A stretch of 51,131 nucleotides of DNA from the NCBI GenBank assembly GCA_964373855.1, contig CAYJWL010000001.1, positions 1-51,131 of the forward strand. Reading direction: 5' to 3'. A program made the translations under genes and the position numbers. The DNA is from an uncultured Candidatus Saccharibacteria bacterium. Lineage in GTDB: Bacteria > Patescibacteriota > Andersenbacteria > UBA10190. The notes under the pieces are model-generated. The model worked only from the letters and a program-made list of their open reading frames with translations, was not told where the DNA came from and did no database searches. How positions within the stretch are numbered: the first letter of the stretch is position 1; each line of letters starts with the position of its first letter. Positions 7,753 to 14,326 of this stretch are shown piece after piece.

Positions 7753-8838
7753 TTATGCTCTAACTTTCCTTCCGTTAAGAGCGATAGATTTTTCCGCGGC
7801 AGCGATAATTTTCACAACATCGAGACCTTGCGTGAGATTTGTTATGGGCTGCTGCTTGGTTCTGATGGCTTTGATGAAGGCCAGAAGCTCCTGCTTTAAA
7901 GGTAGTTGATTGCCGTATGACGGATGAGAAATTTTGGGCAGCTGATGGTAGACCGCACCGCGGGTAACGTGAGGGCCCATATTTTTATAGAGTGCAATTT
8001 TTTGTTGAGCAGTATCATCAACGACAACCGTATCATTATACGCAACGATCGTTAGTCTTTTTCTTTTCTCCGGAGCCAGCCAGCTATTAGTTATAAACAC
8101 TGGAACTTTGTTGGGAAACTCCAGTTTGATTTGAACAAAGTCATAGAGGTTTGTTTGCGGGCGCAGCAGGGAAGCGCCCCATGCCTGAACTGTTTTTGGT
8201 TTACTGCCCAGCAGATCAAGGGCCATGGCAATATCATGTGGCGCCCAATCCCACAGGGCAGACATGTCATCACGGTAGGGACCATTGTTCATGCCCTCGA
8301 AAAAGAGATAGCGAATGTTACCCGATTTTTTCGCCAGCTGTTTGGCTTTTACGTAGGCAGGATTATAGAGATGAATGTGACCGATAAAGATGATGGCGCG
8401 GGCTTTTTTTGCCGCCGGCTGCAGCGTAAGAGCATCAGCCAGACTGGTCGTCAATGGCTTTTCAATAAATGTTGGAATACCTTTTTTGATAAACGGCAAT
8501 GCGATCTTGGCGTGCGTTGACCCGGGGGTGGCTATGATAACGCCGTCGAGATCGTCCGCGGCTAGCAATTGTTTGTAATCATCAAGAACTTTCACGCCTG
8601 CCTCTTTCCGGGTCAGCGTTCTTGCGCTCCGGCGGCGCTCGAGGCCTCCCTCTGGCCTCGCCAGTCCCGCCTTTGGCGGGATCCAAGATCGCCGAGGCTG
8701 CGAGAGGTCCTCAAGGAGCCAGAGTGAAAGTTCCTTGATTTCACAGACGTACTTAATCTGGCATCCTTTGATGTCATTTAATGTTCGCCAGATGTTAGTA
8801 CCCCAGCGGCCAAGGCCGATGAGCGCGAGGTTGATCAT
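7753..8838 (-). CDS. Gfo/Idh/MocA family NAD(P)-dependent oxidoreductase carrying an in-frame insertion
   Basis: The protein begins MINLALIGLGRWG (Rossmann GxGxxG) from the ATG at 8838. DGVIIATP and EKPL motifs are present. About 30 extra Arg/Pro/Gly-rich residues sit between beta2 (VCE) and VKVLDDY. Confidence 0.75.
   Translation of the reverse strand: MINLALIGLGRWGTNIWRTLNDIKGCQIKYVCEIKELSLWLLEDLSQPRRSWIPPKAGLARPEGGLERRRSARTLTRKEAGVKVLDDYKQLLAADDLDGVIIATPGSTHAKIALPFIKKGIPTFIEKPLTTSLADALTLQPAAKKARAIIFIGHIHLYNPAYVKAKQLAKKSGNIRYLFFEGMNNGPYRDDMSALWDWAPHDIAMALDLLGSKPKTVQAWGASLLRPQTNLYDFVQIKLEFPNKVPVFITNSWLAPEKRKRLTIVAYNDTVVVDDTAQQKIALYKNMGPHVTRGAVYHQLPKISHPSYGNQLPLKQELLAFIKAIRTKQQPITNLTQGLDVVKIIAAAEKSIALNGRKVRA
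8581..8739. repeat. inverted-repeat-bounded GC-rich palindromic module A, in frame inside the oxidoreductase CDS
   Basis: Perfect 10-bp inverted repeat GAACTTTCAC (8586-8595) / GTGAAAGTTC (8724-8733). It extends to 15/16 bp (8581-8595 / 8724-8739). Internal hairpins are GAGGCC-tccctct-GGCCTC (8641-8659) and CCCGCC-ttt-GGCGGG (8666-8680). Confidence 0.5.
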
Positions 8839-8886
8839 ACCGGCAAGATAGGCGAGGGCAGGAATTTCAGCAAGTGATGAACTGGC

Positions 8887-9033
8887 ATCGGCACGCATGT
8901 TGCACGAAAAGCCGTGGTTGGGTCCTTCCGGCGAGGTCCTCACCACTTAACTCTCGCCTTGCCGCCCCCGCATACTGCGGGGACCGAGCCGGCAAGGATC
9001 TGAGATACTTTGCTTAGCAACATGCGTGCCGAT
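8887..9033. repeat. inverted-repeat-bounded structured module B (147 nt) in the intra-operon spacer
   Basis: Perfect 17-bp inverted repeat ATCGGCACGCATGTTGC (8887-8903) / GCAACATGCGTGCCGAT (9017-9033). Nested stems are CCTTGCCG (8957-8964)/CGGCAAGG (8990-8997) and CCCCGCA (8966-8972)/TGCGGGG (8976-8982). Confidence 0.5.
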
Positions 9034-9051
9034 CAGCATACTATAAGGCTC

Positions 9052-9194
9052 AGCCAGCGCAGAATGTGCCCTCCAAACGGAATTTGAGGTTACCTCGGCA
9101 TGGTCTTTGCTGAAAGCAAAGCGAGGTGACCGAAACCTCGCAGCCCACCGCTGGATGGGCGAGAATGAGTGAGGCGGGCCGTTCTGCGCTGGCT
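9052..9194. repeat. inverted-repeat-bounded structured module C (143 nt), starting at the stop codon of the upstream gene
   Basis: Perfect 13-bp inverted repeat AGCCAGCGCAGAA (9052-9064) / TTCTGCGCTGGCT (9182-9194). An internal three-tier hairpin is formed by GAGGTT/AACCTC, ACCTCG/CGAGGT and CTTTGCT-gaa-AGCAAAG (9086-9139). Confidence 0.5.
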
Positions 9195-10305
9195 AGATGT
9201 TGGATGAAGAGGCGATGGGCGCGGTCACGGCTTTGGCGCCGACGTAGGTTTCTTGTGTGCGGCACCAGTTCATGAAGCGCTTAAGACCAGCTTGGAGGCT
9301 GACTCGCGGCATGTAAGCAAGGTCTTTCTTGGCTTTCGCCAGATCCGGACAGCGCCGCTGCGGCTCGCCGGCCGGATACGTTGCCGGATAGGGAATAAGT
9401 TTTAAGGAAGCTTGCTGTCCGGCCGTATCAACGAACATCTGCGCCAAGTCGCGCATGGAAATTTCGTTATCGTCGTTGCCAATGTTATACGCCTCGCCTG
9501 CCTGGCCCGCCAGCAATGTTTTCAAGAAACCGATCAGGGCGTCTGTAATGTAACAAAACGTGCGTGTTTGATGGCCGTCGCCATGAACAGTAATAGGAAT
9601 GCCGTTAAGCGACTGGTACGTAAACATCGGGACCACTCGCTTGTCATCATGCTTCATCGAAGGTCCAAAGATATTGAACGGCCGCACGATTTTTATCGGG
9701 ATATTGAATTGCTGGTGATAAATAGTGCAAACGGTCTCGCTCAGACGCTTTGATTCATCGTAACAAGCGCGCGGGCCGACACTGGAGACGTTTCCATGAT
9801 ATGTTTCTGGTGTCGGGATAGCTGTCGGATCCGGATCGCCATATATTTCGCTGGAACTGAAAAAAAGAAATCCTTTGAGATCATTTTTTCTGGCCAACTC
9901 CAATAAGTTTTTAGCGCCGGTAACGGCGCTCTCAATTGTTTCCAGGGGGTACTTCATGTAGTAGACCGGGGAGGCCAGGCCGGCAGCGTGGATGATGTAA
10001 TCAATATCTTCTCGTACCGGCAAAGGAACAGTCACATCTCCCCACACATCAAGAATGTGCTCGTCAGTAATGGTGAAATTTGGGTCACGCGATCCCGTGA
10101 TGAAGTTGTCCACCGATATGACCCGACAGGGCTTGGCCAACACATTCTCGTTTAAATAATTGAAGGTACCGATAAAGTATTTGCCCAGGAAGCCGGCTCC
10201 GCCGCTGATTAATATTGTCTTGCCGGCCAGGTGCGCAGCATCATCTTGGATGCCGCTGGCAATTGTTTGAAGGTCTTCCTTAATTATCGGCGAAATCACA
10301 CTCAT
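9193..10305 (-). CDS. SDR NAD-dependent sugar-nucleotide decarboxylase/dehydratase (UDP-glucuronate decarboxylase-like)
   Basis: ISGGAGFLG glycine motif. SSSEIYGDP...TPETYHGNVSSVGPRACYDESKR closely resembles the UXS/ArnA-C signature, including YxxxK. Confidence 0.7.
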   Translation of the reverse strand: MSVISPIIKEDLQTIASGIQDDAAHLAGKTILISGGAGFLGKYFIGTFNYLNENVLAKPCRVISVDNFITGSRDPNFTITDEHILDVWGDVTVPLPVREDIDYIIHAAGLASPVYYMKYPLETIESAVTGAKNLLELARKNDLKGFLFFSSSEIYGDPDPTAIPTPETYHGNVSSVGPRACYDESKRLSETVCTIYHQQFNIPIKIVRPFNIFGPSMKHDDKRVVPMFTYQSLNGIPITVHGDGHQTRTFCYITDALIGFLKTLLAGQAGEAYNIGNDDNEISMRDLAQMFVDTAGQQASLKLIPYPATYPAGEPQRRCPDLAKAKKDLAYMPRVSLQAGLKRFMNWCRTQETYVGAKAVTAPIASSSNI

Positions 10306-11576
10306 ACAATTTTTGGTTCTGGTACAGGTATAATAAATTTTCCTCCCTGTTCCGTAAAGCGTTTATGGTTGGCCATTATCGGCTCGGCAAAGTTCCAGGC
10401 CAGGATCAGGCAGTATTCCGGCTTATCTATGTACAGCCTGGCGGGAGGAACAATGGGAATATGGGTGCCCGGCATAAGCAGACCCTGTTTAATTTTCCTG
10501 TCGTCATCGACTATATAATCGAGTATCGAGCTGTCCAGTTCGAACACATGCAATAATGTCGTGGCCTTGGCCGGAGCCCCATATCCCACAATACGGGCGC
10601 CCGTGCTCTTAATTTGCAGTAGGGTCTGCCGCAGCTTGTCCTGATTGTGGGCGATACGTGCTGCGAAATCTACGAAAGCTTTGGGACTGGTAAGACCCTG
10701 CCGTTTTTCGGCGGCCAGCAATTCGTCGACTCGGTCATTATGATAATGTGGTCCGCCGGTGTGCTGGACATAAACGCGGATGGAACCGCCATGAACCGCC
10801 GGCCGCTCTACATCAAAAACATCCATGTCGTGATGGCTGAAAAGAGAAACGAGCGGATGCAGATGGTAGTAGCACAAATGTTCGTGGTAAACAATGTCAA
10901 ATAGGTTCTTGGCGATAAGGTCGCCTAAATACTGGACTTCAAAAACATAGACGCCGTCCTTTGCCAGTAAGTGTTTAACGGCGGCAACAAATGAATTGAT
11001 ATCGTCCGTGTGTGCAAAAACGTTATTAGCCGTGATCACATCCGCCGCACCGATGTTTTGTTTGATTTTGGCAGCAACAGCTGACGAAAAGAAATCGGTT
11101 ACTGTTTCGATACCGTCTTGAGCGGCCCAGGCGGCAATGTTGGCTGCCGGCTCAACTCCAAGTACTTTGACACCTTGCCGCAGCAGGGGTTTGAGTAAGA
11201 TGCCATCGTTGCTACCGATGTCAATAACTAATGAGTTGCTGTTTAAAGCGAAGCGTTTTGTGAGTCTGGAAGCATATTCTTCAAAATGCTTTACAAATGT
11301 TGGAGAGGTGGAGGAAACGTAAGTGTAATTGGAAAAGAGAATGGCCGGATCTACCACATCCCGTAGCTGTACCAGTTGACAGGTGTGGCAGCGATAGACT
11401 TGGAGCGGGACAAGCGGTTCAGTCACATTAGCCTGATCAGGCCGAACATAAGAGTTGGCCAGCGGCGTTAATCCAAAAGACCAGATTTTTATAAGATCGC
11501 TGCCACCACACACTCGACAATCGTCGCGGGTTCGATAGATGCTTTGCACTACTTGTACAGTCGGCCGAGCTGCCAT
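10302..11576 (-). CDS. NDP-hexose C-methyltransferase (TylCIII-like: Zn-ribbon, SAM MTase and C-methyltransferase C-terminal domain)
   Basis: N-terminal CRVCGG...YRCHTCQLVQL Zn-binding pattern, then VIDIGSNDG SAM motif and a long C-terminal domain. The ATG at 11576 overlaps the upstream stop (TGATG). The track ORF extends to 11600. Confidence 0.7.
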   Translation of the reverse strand: MAARPTVQVVQSIYRTRDDCRVCGGSDLIKIWSFGLTPLANSYVRPDQANVTEPLVPLQVYRCHTCQLVQLRDVVDPAILFSNYTYVSSTSPTFVKHFEEYASRLTKRFALNSNSLVIDIGSNDGILLKPLLRQGVKVLGVEPAANIAAWAAQDGIETVTDFFSSAVAAKIKQNIGAADVITANNVFAHTDDINSFVAAVKHLLAKDGVYVFEVQYLGDLIAKNLFDIVYHEHLCYYHLHPLVSLFSHHDMDVFDVERPAVHGGSIRVYVQHTGGPHYHNDRVDELLAAEKRQGLTSPKAFVDFAARIAHNQDKLRQTLLQIKSTGARIVGYGAPAKATTLLHVFELDSSILDYIVDDDRKIKQGLLMPGTHIPIVPPARLYIDKPEYCLILAWNFAEPIMANHKRFTEQGGKFIIPVPEPKIV

Positions 11577-12022
11577 CACGCTTGTCTGTTTTCTCCCCAA
11601 GCCCGCTTCGCCGCCTCATCTGGGCTGATGAGCTCAACGCGGATCACATCATTTTCGTATTCAGCTTGATTGCCCGAACGCGGTGTAAAGCAGTAAAATT
11701 CGCTATCTGCCAAGAATTCCATGGCATGCGCTACCATTGGAGCGGTGTAAAAAAGCTGACCCGGAACCACCATATATTCTTTGAGAGGAGCGGCATGATC
11801 TAAAGCTGGCCGCTCGACATACCTAATTTTTCCCTTTGCCAAATAGCAAAGATGAGAATCGTGCTGATGGTAATGGTTAGCGCGTACTGTTCCTTTTTTT
11901 GATGTAATGCGCAGCACCGACATGCTGCCGTCTCCGACGAGCTTCTCGATAACTCCTCGATTATCGTCTGCCAAAACAGCCGGTTTTTGTATGACGGACT
12001 TCAATGTTTGGACAGATTTCAC
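11576..12022 (-). CDS. cupin-fold sugar-nucleotide epimerase / ketoisomerase-like protein
   Basis: 148 aa. The RANHYHQHDSHLCYLAKGKI cupin His motif resembles the small cupins found in deoxysugar clusters. The exact activity is not assignable. Confidence 0.5.
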   Translation of the reverse strand: MKSVQTLKSVIQKPAVLADDNRGVIEKLVGDGSMSVLRITSKKGTVRANHYHQHDSHLCYLAKGKIRYVERPALDHAAPLKEYMVVPGQLFYTAPMVAHAMEFLADSEFYCFTPRSGNQAEYENDVIRVELISPDEAAKRAWGENRQA

Positions 12023-12043
12023 ATCTGCACTCTATCAGGCGGT

Positions 12044-14326
12044 TCATTGTTTGTGAAGCCGCCTCTGTATCCGCACACAGGCAAGCGCGCCCACCAAAGC
12101 CGCCGCAGAAATAAGACCTCCCGACAATAATCCTGGCGGATGGTAGGAAAACCACAATTCATATCTACCGGGCTCGATAATCCTTTGGCCGACTCGTCCG
12201 GCGATGTTGCTCGCGGGAGCGCCATTAACAAGCCAGCCTTGCGCATAATTCGTATTAATGGTTATCGTGCCTGGCCGTTCAAGTACGGCCAGAAGGCGCA
12301 CAACATTTGGGGACCATGAAATAATGTTGACAGATGATGCCGGCGGATCACTTGAGACATACGGCACCGTGCCCCGCCGCACGCCCGGATTAGGACTTAA
12401 CACCGAACAATAACTCATTGTGCCGTAACCGGCACGGGCGCTTACATAGGCCCGGTCGTGGTCAACAGATTGAATACGTATTTTATCTGTGGCTTCGGTA
12501 AAAGTGATCGGCCAAGCGCTCTGTTGAGGCGGGTTAATAACATCTGGCACAATAAATGCTTGGGCTGATATTGGTCCTGCCAAACTTAGAATATCGACGA
12601 TGGCTGCTCCCGCAATAAATACTGGCAGCCAGAATGCGGCTGGCCGCCAGCGGCGGACTTGATCAAGGCCGAATCCGGCCAGCAGGGCGAGGGGAATAAG
12701 GGCCATGATAATGAACCGTGAAATATTTGACCGCGGAGCGTACGGCATGTAGTCAAATAGCGGCTGCAAGAGAGGCCCGGCAGAGGAGAGAAGGATGGCC
12801 GCGATAGTGCCGATGAGAAGTAACTTAATTGTCCGGTTACGGCGCATTCTGGTCAGTGCCAGCGCGGCTAAGGCAAGAACTACCGGCCCGACATACGAGC
12901 CATATTCATGCCAGCCGCTGCCTTGCTTAGGAATAACCGAGGCTCCGTGCAGGTGGCGGCCAAGCAATAGCTCGTACCAGTAGGGCAGAGAAAAAGCGGA
13001 GGAGGCATAGGCCTGATCGGGAAATTGACTAAGCCAGTCAAGAGAGGGAATTAACTTAACGGCAGCAAAAGCCGCGGCCCAAACACCGGCTGCAACAGTC
13101 ACTGTCAGCGCGTATTTTTTTCTGTGTGTAAAGAAAGATGCTGCAGCGAGAGTGCCGGCGACGTACATGAGGGGGTGAATACCGGCCTGATAAAACATCA
13201 AAGACATGAATGCGCCTGCAGCAATCGTCCACCGGCTGGTGCCAGCGGAGAGAATGTTGCTGCTGCGGGCTGATCGAAGTTGGTGTATCCATGCCCAGAA
13301 AATCCACGGTATCCATACATAAGAGAAAACGCTGATGTGGCCTTCGGTCAAGCGCAATATGACGGCGCTGCTAAAAAATACAGTGACTCCGGCCAGCAGC
13401 GACGAGAGGGCGGTCAGTCCAATCTGGCGGGCCAACATCATCATTCCGGCACAGCCAATACCAACTGCCGCCAGAAGGGAGAAGCGTAATCCTGATGGCA
13501 CTCCGAAGACAAGTTCAAACAAAAACAACGGAGACAGTCCGGTGAATTCCGGATCAGCCAGCGCGGCCGTACCACCGCAGGTGGCCGGATTCCAAAGCGG
13601 GAATTGATGCCACGTAACTATGGTTTCTCTGATGATGTGGTGCACCGAGAAATAATAGTCCCAGTCGGAGATGCCAAGAGTATCTTGAGTAAGCCAGTAT
13701 CCACTCAAAACCACCGGGATAAGAGCCATCAGGACTAGCCAGAGAATAAGCCGGGGACCCTTGAGAGAACCGAGGAAACCGACGCTAACTACAAGTAGTG
13801 TCCCCGCCAGAACACTTAGCGTTCTGGCCTCGTGGCTTACAGTACGGTATAACGCGTCAATTTTTATGTCAGCGTTTTCAGATCCGATCGGATGCGGGTT
13901 ATTAGGAAAGGCCATTAGTTGTGCGGGCGCGCGAGCAAAGTTTGTAATTTTGAGCTGATAGACGCTGCCTTCACTAAGCCAGCGCGGGAACAGTCTGACC
14001 ACGTAAAAAGTACGGTTGTCTCTTACTATTTGCCGAACGGATATACTGCGGCTCAAGTTCTGGCCGCTCTCGTCATACAGACTGACTTTGAGCAAAGGCG
14101 CTGTGGAGGAAGAATGAGGTGCTGCCAGTATTATCCCGACTAATGCTTGTCCGTTTGAGCGGAATGATTGTTGAATAGTTTGCTGCGGTGCAAGTGATAC
14201 TGCTTCCTCAATGTATCCCTCAACCAGTGGTTCCTCTGCGGCTGCCGGCGCAAGGTATGAAGTGGCGGCTGTCACTCCACCAACAATGGCAATCAACCCT
14301 CCAAAGAGGATCCTATTTTTTCCCAT
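12044..14326 (-). CDS. large polytopic membrane protein, distant YfhO-like (GT-C candidate)
   Basis: 760 aa with an N-terminal signal anchor and an extracytoplasmic module of about 120 aa, then many TM helices. It contains WHQFPLWNPATCGGTAALADPEFTGLSPLFL (compare the YfhO-like LPLWSN..GFGQP..G.F.P) and a C-terminal soluble domain with a terminal TM. Confidence 0.55.
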   Translation of the reverse strand: MGKNRILFGGLIAIVGGVTAATSYLAPAAAEEPLVEGYIEEAVSLAPQQTIQQSFRSNGQALVGIILAAPHSSSTAPLLKVSLYDESGQNLSRSISVRQIVRDNRTFYVVRLFPRWLSEGSVYQLKITNFARAPAQLMAFPNNPHPIGSENADIKIDALYRTVSHEARTLSVLAGTLLVVSVGFLGSLKGPRLILWLVLMALIPVVLSGYWLTQDTLGISDWDYYFSVHHIIRETIVTWHQFPLWNPATCGGTAALADPEFTGLSPLFLFELVFGVPSGLRFSLLAAVGIGCAGMMMLARQIGLTALSSLLAGVTVFFSSAVILRLTEGHISVFSYVWIPWIFWAWIHQLRSARSSNILSAGTSRWTIAAGAFMSLMFYQAGIHPLMYVAGTLAAASFFTHRKKYALTVTVAAGVWAAAFAAVKLIPSLDWLSQFPDQAYASSAFSLPYWYELLLGRHLHGASVIPKQGSGWHEYGSYVGPVVLALAALALTRMRRNRTIKLLLIGTIAAILLSSAGPLLQPLFDYMPYAPRSNISRFIIMALIPLALLAGFGLDQVRRWRPAAFWLPVFIAGAAIVDILSLAGPISAQAFIVPDVINPPQQSAWPITFTEATDKIRIQSVDHDRAYVSARAGYGTMSYCSVLSPNPGVRRGTVPYVSSDPPASSVNIISWSPNVVRLLAVLERPGTITINTNYAQGWLVNGAPASNIAGRVGQRIIEPGRYELWFSYHPPGLLSGGLISAAALVGALACVRIQRRLHKQ

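Noticed and set aside
7523-9032. Shared short words between the two long spacers (GCGTGCCGA at 7523 and 9024, TGGTTGGG, GGGCGAGA), which might suggest a common repeat family.
   Set aside because: Matches of 8-9 nt between two 300-350-nt GC-rich regions are about what chance predicts. No extended alignment could be made by eye.
9040-9195. A possible glmS-type ribozyme or TPP riboswitch in the sugar-operon spacer, based on AGCGCAGAA resembling the glmS AGCGCCAGAACU, and a CUGAGA word at 9000.
   Set aside because: The remaining conserved cores, as I remember them, are not present, and the overall architecture differs. The orientation relative to the downstream gene would also be wrong for the plus-strand matches.
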